A stretch of 63,518 nucleotides of DNA, counting the filler, from Bigelowiella natans CCMP2755 (Eukaryota; Protista; Cercozoa), in NCBI GenBank assembly GCA_000320545.1. It is 7 parts of 7 records of this genome, joined end to end, with 100 filler letters (N's around TTAATTAATTAA, not from the genome) between each part and the next. Parts side by side here need not be neighbours in the genome. Positions count along the whole stretch, not along the records: positions 29,472 to 44,064 come from ADNK01003577.1; positions 44,165 to 46,741 come from ADNK01001922.1; positions 46,842 to 48,423 come from ADNK01000895.1; positions 48,524 to 63,518 come from ADNK01001558.1; 3 more parts are not named here. One strand, 5' to 3'. The first letter of the stretch is position 1. Every line of letters begins with the position of its first letter. A program made the position numbers and the translations under genes. This document shows, one piece after another, positions 41,857 through 55,000 of this stretch. A model generated the notes under the pieces. The model was not told where the DNA came from and did no database searches. It was given only the letters and a program-made list of their open reading frames with translations.

Positions 41857-41919
41857 TTAATTTAGCCTTGTACACACATGTGTACATATGTGTACACATG
41901 TGTATATGTGTATGTGTAG

Positions 41920-42178
41920 GCTTTTGAATGCATGAAATACATAGTAGAAGAGGCAAATATATATAACATGAGCACTGTTGTGCCGCTGCTTTGCAAAGCT
42001 ACATCTGGTTGACTGTTAAAAACACTTAACCACTTCATTACATCCGTCTCATATGCTGTTTGATGCATAAAACACACCATAGTGGAGACAAATAATAGGT
42101 ATAACATAAACAATATGCGCGCTGCGCATAGCTACAATGACATGACTATTAAAAAGATTTAATCACTTCATTACATCC
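41920..42178 (+). mobile_element. Two tandem old LINE 3'-end remnants (~41920-42052 and ~42062-42178)
   Basis: Both end in cacttcattacatcc; the first reads AFECMKYIVEEANIYNMSTV, similar to AFKCMKHIVAETNRCNISAV. Confidence 0.7.
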
Positions 42179-42358
42179 TCAACACAACATTTAATGCGTG
42201 CTCGTCAAAATAAATAAATACAGAGTGTACCAAATTAGCGCTTTAGCCAGCTGCCGCTTGGAAAATTCCGACTCGGATTAGCAATCGTCGTCCTTAATGC
42301 ATTCCATCCAGCTCCAGAGATCATTGTCTAATCCCGAAGTCGGAACAATCAAATCATG

Positions 42359-43484
42359 TTAGGGTTTGATCACGCTCTGATGTGAATCTAGCTTTTTGAA
42401 TAATAATAATGTTATCGATACACACCGTTAGTCAAGAATTAATTCAACAATACCTGTTTCATTCTTTAAAGGTTCGAAAATATTTCTATCAGAGATTGGT
42501 GGAGCAGTAGTGACAAGGCTGCTGCAGTGCTTGAAGTGTACGGCTTTTAGATGACCCTGTAACATTGCCCAAAATCAATATAATATTTTGGCATAAATGC
42601 GATGAACGCTATTATGTGCTGTCTGGGAGGGGGCAATAATCAGATTACCTTCAAGTGTGGCTTTTGTCTAAAACTCGCAGAACATAGTTCTGTGATCAAG
42701 AAATCAATGATTAATAATTTCACTGCAACGTATTGCTAATATGTTGATATGCTTACCGCAAGAAAATGGTCTAATTCCATTATGGGTCAGGTTATGACGC
42801 CTCAGCCTAAACCAAAGTACAATATATATGATGCTGTATTCGATAATTATCTGAGAGGCTGCTGGTTCACAGCCTATATGTCTTCATAGATGGTATACCT
42901 ATACTTCGTCTTGAATGACTTCTCACATTTTTGACAGCTGTTGATGAAATACGAATTGCATAAGTTGGTCATCCATACATTTATTTTCAGGATATACTCA
43001 CTCGTATCGGTTTCTCTGGGTATTCTTCACTTCTACAGGGGCAGAGGCGTCGCTGAAGTTCTTCGTCGTTTTTGGTGCATTTGGAGCCGTCTTACTGTTG
43101 CGTTGTTTTTTACGCAATATACTGCAATAGCAATGCTAATCAGGACTAATTCGACTCTCTGTAAAAGCTGCCTTACCTAATCTTCAAATCGGACATTGAT
43201 GATGGAAGCATAATGTGAAACGTACTCCCACTTGTCGCATATTCTACATTCCTCCCGAATTCTGATTTAATTTTATTTTCAATATCAATGGAAATGACAG
43301 AGAGTAAGGTGCGCTTAGTACCCCTCTTTTGGAATGACACTTTTATTTCCTTGACGTTGGAGAGATCTGGAGAGAGGTTCTTGGAAGCAGAGGTCTGTAA
43401 TCTTTTTGGATTCTTCATTAAGGGAGATTCGCACTCCATATCTATTGAGGATTCAGGCTTGCAGGTGGCATTGGAGGGTATCAT
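42359..43484 (-). CDS. C2H2 zinc-finger protein, multi-exon, boundaries approximate
   Basis: Spliced pieces CQKCEKSFKTK | LRRHNLTHNGIRPFSC | SASFRQKPHLK | GHLKAVH: two C2H2 fingers with a TGEKP-like linker. Confidence 0.7.
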
Positions 43485-43587
43485 TGGGTGTGCGCTGGAG
43501 GGCTCTGCACGGAGTTTGGGATGATAATGGATTGAACGATCACTTTCCGCAAGCTCCGTTGCGCATTAAGGTATGCCCCAAATTCAG

Positions 43588-43887
43588 TTCGCTATTATGA
43601 AAATGGATTGGATTTCGATGAAAAATAGGCCTCGCTTCCCTTTTTTTTTGGATTGATCGGCATAGAGTCGCTATCCTCACGGAATGATTAACCCCTTTGT
43701 TAGACAAATTCCGTTCGTTATTCTGAAAATGGATTGGATTTCGATGAAAAATATTATGAAAATGGACTGGATTTCGATGAAAAATAGGCCTCTCTTCCCT
43801 TTTTTTTTGGATTGATCGGCATAGAGTCGCTATCCTCACGGAATGATTAACCCCTTTGTTAGATAAATTCCGTTCGCTATTCTGAAA
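43588..43887. repeat. Near-perfect direct duplication of ~130 bp (offset ~159 bp) with a third copy of a ~30-bp subunit
   Basis: gaaaatggattggatttcgatgaaaaata occurs 3 times (one with a mismatch); ggattgatcggcatagagtcgctatcctcacggaatgattaacccctttgttaga occurs twice. Confidence 0.9.
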
Positions 43888-44437
43888 GCGGAATCAGCCC
43901 TCGTTGTAACAGGTAGGAAACGGCTCGAGAACGCACTAAAAAAGAGAATAACTTCGAGTAACGCTAAATTCCGAATTTCTCCAAGAAGAAAGGGTTGTTT
44001 TTATTAAAAACCACGGTATGTGCAGCGTACCCGTCGGTGCTTTTGAAATCATCCAAAAAATCAANNNNNNNNNNNNNNNNNNNNNNNNNNNNNNNNNNNN
44101 NNNNNNNNTTAATTAATTAANNNNNNNNNNNNNNNNNNNNNNNNNNNNNNNNNNNNNNNNNNNNTAATATCAGATCCCAACCGGCATTCCCCTTGTTTTC
44201 GAGTTTGACAACGAGATGAAACCCATAAGATCCAACTTCTCGGTAGTATGTTTTCTTCCGATTTTCTTCCGATGGATCGTGCCATTTCTCTCTACCGAGA
44301 ACATCGCGTGAAACCAGCATTGCCTCCCCTTCTTTGACTTTCCCGTTTGTGTACTGTTTTTTCTGACTTTCTCTTGTATTTGCGGGTTTTTCCCTTCTCA
44401 CATCGTTCATCGAAATGAGAAGTGGATGTTTATCAAT

Positions 44438-44474
<37 letters not shown>

Positions 44475-44620
44475 GATGGCATGGAATAAAGCATATCGAA
44501 TCTACATGCAGGAAGGTGCTATGTCAGGGAGCTTCCTCGCCACCAGAGAAGTAGTATTTAGAAGATGATCGAGCAAGATATTACTAAACACTACTTATTC
44601 ATATACATGACATCTCAAAC

Positions 44621-44655
<35 letters not shown>

Positions 44656-45443
44656 CATCGTCGTCATCGTCACCATTTTCAGCAGCAACACAATCCCCTC
44701 CCTCCCCTCCCTCCCCTCCATCCAGGTGACGCTGGCAGCTCTAAAGCGAGAGAGGGAGCTCGCTAAGAACGTCCCAGGATTCACAGACTCCCCACTCGTC
44801 ACACCGGTAAAACATCGTAGCGCAATCATCGGAAACAGAACTACTCGAAGAAGAAGAAGAAGAAGAAGCAGAAGAAGAAGCAGCAGCAGCTTTTTGAAAA
44901 ATATCTACAGTATAGGAAAATATTATCAGATTAGCTCTACTCATGCAGGATCTGGCCAGTTATACTGACCGCCCACCCCCCCCCCCCCCCCCAACACACA
45001 CACACATATGCGTGCCATCAAAATCAGGTTTTGCGAGCGATATCTAGCCCTCCAGGCGGGAGGAGGGAGATTCTCTTCGGACAAAGAAGACGGGGGGGGG
45101 GCGGGAGGCGCCAGCTCTAACAGCAACAACAACAACAACCCAGGCACTAACGGTAGTAGCGTGTTAAAGAGATTATTGCCTCTTACCTTGGTAGTAGTAC
45201 TAGTAGTAGTAGTAGTGGCATAGTAGCGTATTTCGATGCGAGGGTGGTTTGCTCTCGTGTACGACACCTCCCACCCCTCACTCAGAAGTAGCTCTTTGTA
45301 CTGGCTGTCATCTTCCCCTGCTACTAGTACTACTACTGCTGCTGCTGCTGCTACTCGCTGTGTCTCTCTGATAACCGTGTGTTTTCCATGGACGCTGCCT
45401 TCCTGCCACCACTTCAGCGTTCAATAACCTCGTGGCGTTTACG

Positions 45444-45475
<32 letters not shown>

Positions 45476-45735
45476 CGATGATGGCGAGGGCTTTTTGGGC
45501 ACAGGTGCTACGGATATATGACCCATATCGAATAAATACACGCAAGCGAAGATATGCACACACCTACAAACAAGTACTAAGTAAATATGTGGTGCATGCG
45601 CGTGCGCGCGCGCAGCAGGAAGCCGACAGCAGCAAAAGCTTGACACCGGTATCGAAGGGCCTCTTTTAATCATCATGCGACATGGAAAGACGGAATTCAA
45701 TAAACTAGGCCTCTTCACGGGATGGTAGTAGTAGC

Positions 45736-45767
<32 letters not shown>

Positions 45768-45912
45768 ATAGCAGTAGAGTAAGTAGTCTTAGTTGTAGTA
45801 GTAATAGCAGTAGTATTAAGTAGTAGTAGTAGTAGTAAGCTTGCCAGCAACAAAAGCAGTAGAAGTTTCAGTAGTAGTACTAGCAGCAGCAGCAGTAATG
45901 TGTTCAGAAGAA

Positions 45913-45946
<34 letters not shown>

Positions 45947-45947
45947 T

Positions 45948-45983
<36 letters not shown>

Positions 45984-46267
45984 ACACCACACGCACGCAC
46001 ACGCACACACACGCACACACACGGTATGTTTAAATACACGGATATAGGAATGACTGCCCTTTGAGCGATGATGGCAGACGGGTACTCTCCTCCCAAAACC
46101 ACCCCCTTGTCCCCCATTTTCTCTCTGTATTCCTCCGCTGCTAGCGGTGGAGGAATTTTGGTGCTTTTACTTCTGTAATGGAATTATCAGCGCGCGTTGC
46201 GAATAGCAGCAACTATGTGAGCGCTTTATTCTAGTGATGGCTTCCTTGTCGTGTCTCTTTTCTTCTA

Positions 46268-46305
<38 letters not shown>

Positions 46306-46315
46306 TTATTTATTT

Positions 46316-46358
<43 letters not shown>

Positions 46359-46651
46359 AAATCGACCTATCAGGAGGCCACTACGGCTGGCAGAGTGTTG
46401 CGGAGCTACAACGTGGAGATTGATGAGGTTGGTCTGCGGTTTCGATACGCAAAGTAGAAGAAATGGCAATCGTTTGACGCTAGGAGCACACACAGAGTTT
46501 CACCATGCCCTTCGTCCATCCTTCCTCCGCCATTTCCTTCAAGGTCCACACGTCGTGTTTGAGCCGCGCGATTGAGACGGCGTGGCTATGCATGGAAGAA
46601 ATGGATTGCGTTTGGGTACAATCAAGAAACCAGAAAGAAGAAGAAAGATAG

Positions 46652-46683
<32 letters not shown>

Positions 46684-47215
46684 GTGATGATGAAGATGAT
46701 ACGTGTGAAGAACCTCATACCATGCAGACTCTTTGTTGTAANNNNNNNNNNNNNNNNNNNNNNNNNNNNNNNNNNNNNNNNNNNNTTAATTAATTAANNN
46801 NNNNNNNNNNNNNNNNNNNNNNNNNNNNNNNNNNNNNNNNNGGACTTGCAGAGACAGATTACACACTAACTGAGATGATCTGGTTCGAGCAATTCTGTGG
46901 TAGAGCATGCAAGAAAGATAAGAGTGTCAGAGAGAGTTCTTCCACGGCGTTTTTTAGTGAGGCCAGTGAGAGACTACCCACATGGGGGGGTCAGCCATTC
47001 GGATGTTTAGAAGACAGGTTCTGCAGGGGGATATTTATCAGCGTCACGGTACATATACCGGGGGCGAGGTATTCCAATTTGCAAAATTCTACATATAGAG
47101 GGAGCTAGTGTTTATGGAAGTGATCAAGATCAACGGCTAAGTGCGCGTTATCGTTCTCCATGTATGTCGAAATTTATCTCTCTATATATAACACTCAATC
47201 ACACTCGCTCGCGCG

Positions 47216-47268
<53 letters not shown>

Positions 47269-47368
47269 TCGCTCGCGCCCCCCCCCCCCCCCCCCCCACA
47301 CGCGCGCCCCCCCGCCCGTAGGGGGGAGAGTGTGTTTATGTAAAAAATATCCCATATATACATTACAA

Positions 47369-47413
<45 letters not shown>

Positions 47414-47460
47414 ACATGCATATATATTTTACATATTTTTTACAATATACACCATCATGC

Positions 47461-47549
47461 ACCTCTTGCAGGCCAATCGCAACTATGTGCGGTGGGTGCT
47501 GTCCGAAGCTGGATAGCCACCGTTCCAAATTCTACCAGCGATATGGAGA

Positions 47550-47594
<45 letters not shown>

Positions 47595-47712
47595 AGAATG
47601 AAAACTTGAGTTGTTGATGATGTTGTTGTTGTTGTTGTTGTTGTGCTGTGTCGCATACTTCCGAAGGCTTCCTGGCGTTGCAGTTCCATGTGGCGCACAT
47701 CACTTGGAGCTG
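47461..47712 (-). CDS. Inositol polyphosphate 5-phosphatase domain, two exons of a gene fragmented by gaps
   Basis: LQVMCATWNCNARKPSE and LERWLSSFGQHPPHIVAIGLQE match the IPPc N-terminal motifs (TWNV..; D.Y.IGLQE). Confidence 0.7.
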
Positions 47713-47834
47713 CGTGGTTGAAGACAAGGGAGGGGGGGAGGAGGGGGGGGGGAGAAACATTAGAAACATATACATGCGACCAACCAGGATCGTTGGTGAT
47801 TGTAATAGCAAAGAGGTGAGTGAACCTATATAAG

Positions 47835-47871
<37 letters not shown>

Positions 47872-48671
47872 CACACTCTCCAAATCACCACTGATGAGTG
47901 ACATCGAGGACAGAAACCATCAAAGTTTCCGCCTTTAAATCAGAGGCTAATTATGAGGATCTGCATAGCTATATCACCCCCCCCCCCCACTCCTCCCTGT
48001 AATGTTCGCGAGTAGCATAGCGTCGTCTTGCCCCCTACCCCTTTATATCCTGCATACCGTTTTCTTAGACGTCCACGAATCGATGTGCCTCTGCATGAGC
48101 GCCTGGCAAAAGGAGGGGGGGGGGGGAATGGACATTCAGCGAAGAAGGAGATGAAGATTTCATACACACAAGAGCGACGATGGAGACAAGACAGCTAGCA
48201 TTTCCCAACCGGACGGACATGCACATGCGTGTTCAAAAGCAAGAGCAAACAATGGCCCCCCCCTCCTCCTCCTCCTCCTCCTCTTTTCTCTACCCTCGCC
48301 TTGAGAGTGGGGGAGTGGTCACGCGTTTCACTTGCCACTGGCGTTATGCTGGCTTCACTTCTGTTGACATCGTCCTGAAAGAGGGGGGGGGGGGGGGGCA
48401 TCGGAGCATCATCATCATCATCANNNNNNNNNNNNNNNNNNNNNNNNNNNNNNNNNNNNNNNNNNNNTTAATTAATTAANNNNNNNNNNNNNNNNNNNNN
48501 NNNNNNNNNNNNNNNNNNNNNNNGATCTTTTTTCACGTCGCATGATGCAACCCTTGGAAAATTTGTTCTAACGCGAACATCACATAGAAAATGACCTCTT
48601 TACCCCCCCCCCCCCCCCCCCCCTCTGTCTGAGTTCTTTTCTCTTCCTTGTATCCTCCCTACCATCTTGCA

Positions 48672-49284
48672 GGAATGCGGGAAGCAGATTCCTTTTATGT
48701 TTCTCAAACAAATAAGGTGCGGCTGTGCCAGCGCACCGAGCAGCGACACACGCACGAAAATTGCTCTATTATATATCATACATTCCCTTCCTCCCCCCCC
48801 CCTTTCCAATTATCCAGCGACGCATTCTTCGATAAGTACACGGGAGAGGAGGACGATCACGACGATTTCAACCCGATTTTGACCAAATATATGCACAAGT
48901 TTGCGGATCCCAAGGCTGTAGAAAAGGTAGGGAGGGTTATATAAGGCCTATGCACGGTGTTGTTAATGCGAGGTCGGGGGTGTATTATTTTTTTATTGTT
49001 CCTTGCGAACGACATTCGTCTGTTCAAGACTGGAGAGCTACATAGCGCGCGTCTTTCTCGTTGCAGCAATTTCCATGAAATTTCATCACCCTTGGCATGG
49101 TTTCGGTGCTTTTGCTGAGTAGATGAGCAGGATTCATCGAGGCCTCTCCGAGGTGAAAGACGTAATGGTGGAGAATATAGGTAGTGCAAGGAGCGGGGGG
49201 GAAGGGGGGGAGGTGATGGTTCTACTACTTTAGTGCCAATATCAGTATCACTATCAATGATATGTGTGCGTGTGCATATGCATA

Positions 49285-49329
<45 letters not shown>

Positions 49330-50132
49330 ATAAGATTCTTATTCCTTAATCTCATCGACGAATATATATCGGCCGTCGATCTTACTAGCAAACTACCGAT
49401 GAGCACAACATTGCTTGGTGTACGGCGCGCAGCTCCTGACGTGTGTGTGTTTTCCAATGCAGAGAAGGTTTTGAAACGGGGAGAAAAGATCGAGGTTTTG
49501 GTCGATAAGACGGAAAGCTTGAGGTAGTAGCCATTGCAAGCATAGCAGCCCCCGTTAGAGAAACAATACTAAATAATAAGGAGCAATCGATGATGCGGGG
49601 CAGTCGCTGATAAACTTGTATCAGCCGAAATAGGCCACCGCATCGCTATGGTGTGTGGTGTTTTGATTCGAAAGGCCATGGGGTCACAAATACGCGCATA
49701 TTTCTCCACAGTGACGATGTCCAGCAGCTTCATTTAAGTGGCACTCTTGCTTGACAAACACCTCCTCCCTCTCTTGTTGCTTTGATAGATTTAGTTCTGA
49801 TGCATTCCGAATGCAAAGCCGCAATTTGAGGCGGAATTTGTGCTGGGCGAATGTGAAAGTGAAGCTCTTCCTAGGGTGTCTCGTTCTGGTGAGCATTGAT
49901 GCATGCATGTGTGTATGTGTATGCATGTGTAAAGTGCTGTTGGGAGTGTTAAACGGACAGGTTGTGTGCGAGAGTCAAAAATGTAAGGAATGAGCCCTCA
50001 CACTGCCTGATAAGGCACTGCTCAAAAGCCTCACGAAACCCCTTTTCTTCGTCTTTGCACCTCATGCAGATCCTCTTCTACGTCATCACAGCAAGTTACT
50101 GTGGGATGGCCCTGCAGTGCTTTAACAAATAA
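48672..50132 (+). CDS. VAMP7: VAMP7-like longin R-SNARE, 3' part
   Basis: QIPFMFL.QI (end of longin domain), LSEVKDVMVENI|EKVLKRGEKIEVLVDKTESL, AFRMQSRNLRRNLCWANVK, transmembrane segment and CG..LQC tail; TAA at 50130-50132. Confidence 0.85.
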
Positions 50133-50615
50133 GTCAATGCGACAATGTCCAAATATGAGGAGACGATGGACGCGCGTGGAGAACACCGTCTTACGATGCA
50201 GCGCCCAGTCAATACGCATCAAAATTTATTCTGTCAGCTAGCTCAGGTCGAGCAGCCTTATTATACCGTCGTCGTCGTCGGATGCTTTCCCTCTACCAAT
50301 GCCGCCATGTGTGAATGATTTCGCAATTAGTCAAAGCACATCGATCTCGACGATACACATGATCTACATATACATGCATGCTAATAACATACGCATGCAA
50401 TTCATCGATTACCCTGAACATATGAGCATGAGTCGCCCATGAAATTCCATCCTATAGTATTGCCAGCTAAGTATTTTTATATGCTAACTAGGTTGTTTTG
50501 TTCATACAGAACGGGTAATTTTACAGCTAGAGCCTGCATGCACGCACATACATAGCATTAAGAGACTGTTCAAACGGACTCATAGCCGCGCACAAGTGAA
50601 ATATTGCCCACCGTG

Positions 50616-52046
50616 ATGATCACGCGCAGCGCGCGTGGCAACAACAAGCACCAGACACCCAAAAAGGGAAGAAAGCACAAAAAGAACCAACACGCAACGT
50701 TGGATCTCGATTCAGAATGCAATGATGACGACTGTGGCTCTGATAGGAAAAGTCATGATCTGTCTCAATGCCTTCGCGAAGTTACTTCAACACTGTCTGC
50801 AACAATGGAACGCAAAGAAACTCCTCAGTGGAACACAATGAAAAAATTGTGTGAAATGCTGACCACAATGGTCCAGTTAGTTGATGAGAAACAACAACAA
50901 TTGCAGCAAGATCAAAAAGACATGCAGGAGGAAAACGCTGGGCTTAAAAACAAATTACTGAAACTTGAAGAAGAACTGACTTATATCAAGGAACATCAGA
51001 AGAATGGCACAATGGAAGCTCAACCCTCCTCGATGCAACGGACCTCGAGAACTTACGCTAGTGTCACAACCTCATCACGCGCTGATGAACCTCATGGTCG
51101 AGATAAATATCCTGAAGCAGAAGTACAAAGACTAGCTGAGCGAAAGAATAGCCAGAGTTGGCAAGTTCCAAAAAGTCACGCCAGGAATCAAAGGAAATAC
51201 AACCGGAAGTATAAACAGAACGTGCTCATATTGGAACTTGACAAAAAAGCCATGCTGCAAGCGGGGGGCGCCATTATGGCCTCCGGCGACCCATGTCGCA
51301 CTGTTCTCACTGGCAAAAAAAAACATGCCAACGAACCAACAAGTGAGGAAACAAACACAGCAGATCCGAGGGATGAAAACCGCGACACACTGACAGAAGT
51401 TAACACCGAGGAAGAAGAGACTAAATGCCTAGCCGGAAAGAACGTAGAGGATTTGAACCCATCCAGTGAAAAAAAAGATGTTCCAGATATTGGGAAAAAC
51501 CTGTCCAAAATAACTCCAAAGTTGATCGATGCACTAGGATTGAACGAATTCCAAATGCACGTAGCTTTCCAAGCGAAATATGGGAAGGACTTTCAAGGAA
51601 TCCAATTCAAATCTAGGAATAAAACCCACCTAAAAGTGTTCTTCAAAGGCTCCAGAGAATCTAAGATGGATGCTTACCTGGATCTGCTTAACACCGAACA
51701 TCAGTTAGGACAAGGATCATTCCTTCCCTCACTCTTTGGATTAGTGACCACAGTCAGAGCAGCTAAGTCAAGGCCAAGTAAGCACTCTGTAGTTCTGAGA
51801 GGCCCAAGGCTGGGACCTAACGAGCAGGAAAAATCAACACGAATTGGAATCATCAAGCAGATAATCGAAACCAACATCGATGTAAAAGTCGCAGCAATAG
51901 AACCTCTCGGCAAGGGCCCTCTACTTCAGCTGTTTGTGCACTCGCATGAAGAGGCCACCAAACTGCTGAATTCACAAATCACATATCAGGGCAGCTACCT
52001 ACGATTCAGGGCATATGAAAACAGAAGGACACGTAAATATGGTTAA
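50616..52046 (+). CDS. LINE ORF1 protein (coiled coil, putative nucleic-acid chaperone)
   Basis: First ATG at 50616; coiled coil LQQDQKDMQEENAGLKNKLLKLEEEL followed by RTYASV; lies directly upstream of and overlaps ORF2. Confidence 0.85.
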   Translation: MITRSARGNNKHQTPKKGRKHKKNQHATLDLDSECNDDDCGSDRKSHDLSQCLREVTSTLSATMERKETPQWNTMKKLCEMLTTMVQLVDEKQQQLQQDQKDMQEENAGLKNKLLKLEEELTYIKEHQKNGTMEAQPSSMQRTSRTYASVTTSSRADEPHGRDKYPEAEVQRLAERKNSQSWQVPKSHARNQRKYNRKYKQNVLILELDKKAMLQAGGAIMASGDPCRTVLTGKKKHANEPTSEETNTADPRDENRDTLTEVNTEEEETKCLAGKNVEDLNPSSEKKDVPDIGKNLSKITPKLIDALGLNEFQMHVAFQAKYGKDFQGIQFKSRNKTHLKVFFKGSRESKMDAYLDLLNTEHQLGQGSFLPSLFGLVTTVRAAKSRPSKHSVVLRGPRLGPNEQEKSTRIGIIKQIIETNIDVKVAAIEPLGKGPLLQLFVHSHEEATKLLNSQITYQGSYLRFRAYENRRTRKYG

Positions 52047-55000
52047 TCATTTGACTCTCCCCTACTACTACCAAAACATACGCAGTAAAAACGGAACTGA
52101 ACAAGGCAGGCAAAGAATAAATAGAAGATATAATATGTTAAAAGAAATGATAACCACCAACAACATCGAACTCGCCTGGTTTGGGGAAGGCCGCCTCAAA
52201 GAATCGGAGAGGCTGCATCCTCCAGCGGGATACGAAGTGATTCGGACGAGCGGCTCCTCTGGGAGCTTTGGATTAAGAAAAAAGAACACAGATATAATTC
52301 ATATACCTATAGATGATAACAATTACGATATTAGTTTTTTCATACACAGCATTGAAAAATATGCTGTCATAATGGTGTACCTCCAGCCACACCAAAACAT
52401 CTCACATCTGAAAGAGAGATTAGATTTCATAATGAACATCATTCGGAAACAGAAATGGAAAAAATACATCATCGTGGGGGACACTAATGCTAAACACTCC
52501 ACCTACGATGTCCGAAACCAAGAAGATAGACGTGGCAGATACCTACACCAGTGGTTGTCGGATAACAACATCATGATGGTCAACCCTGGGGAAGCCACAT
52601 ATTTCAGAAAAGGAAACACAAGCACACTTGATCATGTGCTGTGCTCCTCAAACTTCGCACACCAAATAGAATATCAGATGGCCAACACCACGACAAGTGA
52701 CCATTTCGGTATCCACTTTGGAAAACCTGTGGCAATCCATCAACAGACTTCACCAATGATATATGACATCGACAAATTCGATGTAAAACGATTTGACGAA
52801 AAATTGAATAATATTACCGAACGCTTGCACCAGCGCATACTAAACGTTCAATCGGAGGCTGATGCAAAAAAGCTTGAACGCTGGTTCTGGGACTTTACCG
52901 GAAAAGCTTTTAATAGCTGCACACCAAAAAAACGACAACGTTGGAGTCCAATCAAGCCATACCAAAACGACAAAAAATATAAATCCATCAAAGATCAACA
53001 AGAAAAATTATTTAGATCCTTGAAACACGAAAGGAAATTTCGGAAGAGAAAATTATTAGAAACCAAGATCCAAGAAATCAACGCCGAACTTGAACGAACC
53101 ACCGAAACCCTTCAGTACGAAGCATGGCAATTATTCTTGTCTCGCTTCGAAAAATACAACAATGGGAATCATACCAGAATGCTGTACAAATTATTCCAAA
53201 AATCCAGAGGGCGGGATAAATTCGGAGGACTCGATGGCGAAACCTCTGAAGAAAAAAAATGTGAAGTGTGTGTTGCCAAATGGAAACATATCTACAAACC
53301 ACACCCGTCAGACAAGAAAAATCGAACCTTTCACGCTGAAACTGAGGCCTGGAGAAATACCTTCAGGAAAAATGAAGACAAAAAGATCTACAGTGTTAAT
53401 TCATACAACAGAGATTTTTCTATGCATGAACTAAGAAACGTGATCAACAAAGCATCACCGTACAAGTCTCCTGGCGATGATGGTGTTCACCTAAACATGT
53501 TGAAAAAAAGCAAGAAACTCCATCAACTGTGGTTAGCTACATTCAACATGTCATATAGATGGGGTACCCGAGATGGCTCACGTAAGGCGGCCATTTTTTG
53601 TCTCATCCCTAAGGCCAACAAAGAACTTAACACCCCTCTCAACGGGAGAACGATTTCTCTCCTACAAATAGCTTCTAAAATAGAAGACAAACTAATAGAA
53701 CAACGGCTCCGCGAAGCTATACCCCCCAAAAACATTAGCATACATCAGTATGCATTCATGAAAAATCGATCCTGCGAAACTGCACTCACAAAGATGACGC
53801 AGTCAATCGAGGATGGAGTATATAACAAAAAGCTTGCAGCCATCCTGTTGTTTACAGATGCCTCTAAAGCTTATCCAAAAGCCTGGCATTCCGGCATGAT
53901 ACGCAAGTTACATGACAAATACGGAATACGAGGCTCGCTATTGCTGTGGATCGACGACTGGCTCAGAGATCGTACCGCCAGATTCAGATTTGGCAATACT
54001 CTCTCTGAGCACATGAACCTTGGGAGCGGCGTCCCCGAAGGATCATCTCTCAGCTGTTTCCTTTTCATAACCTATTACGACATTTACGAACATATTACCA
54101 ACACAGATTTCCAAATATACTGTGACGACGTTACCCCCTACAAATTGTTTTCGCCAAACCGATGGGGGAAAATGCAAGATGATATCCAGGCCGACCTAAA
54201 CCAAATGACGGACTGGTGCATGAAATGGCGGATGCGATTCAATGGGGACAAGAGCGGGTACCTTATAATTGACAAAAGAAATAAAGCCCACCGACACCAA
54301 ACCTCCTGGAACATCTCTCTCAATCTCCAAGGAAAAATAAAAAGAGTCGACAGCGGCAGATGTCTCGGACTAATCTTCGACAACAAATTAACCTTTGAAA
54401 AACATGCTCTTGCTTCTCACCTGAGATTGCAAAAGAAGCGAAGGTTTTTGTTAAGGTTGTGTTATTCCAGACACCTTGTACCGCTAAACGTCAGACTGAA
54501 ATTTTACAAATCATGGTTCCTTGCATCCAGCAGATACGCTGCTCCAATATGGAGATCACGAAGAAACATACGAATAAAACAGATGGATTCCATGGAATCC
54601 CAAACCCTGAAACGTGTGTTGGGATTACCTGGATCCATCTCCAACGACGTCCCCCACGTCCTCACTGGCACGTTGCCACCCCGATATCAAACTAAAGTGC
54701 AGTGTGCTAAATCATGGTTACGCACTAACGCATGGATCGACACAGGCAGCGGTCCTCAAATCCATGAGGGAATAAATGATTGGAGCAGTTATGGCTTCAT
54801 CATTGAAAATCGAAAAATGTTGGATGGCACATCGTGGATTGATGTGCCCACACACACGTGGAACAAAGCATCCTTGTTTCGACGGCTCAAATCGATCACT
54901 GACGACTTGTTAGGTGACGAATTGCCCACCGTTTTGGCGACAACAGAGGCGCTGAAAAAAGAACTGAAAAAACATCACAAGGTGATGAAATCTTGTGCTT

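Noticed and set aside
43588-43887. Repeat-spacer pattern resembling a CRISPR array
   Set aside because: The intervening sequence is itself duplicated, there are only 2-3 units, there are no cas genes and the context is eukaryotic.
44165-47110. Exon-like fragments between gaps
   Set aside because: Short, interrupted by microsatellites and gaps; strand and product could not be established.
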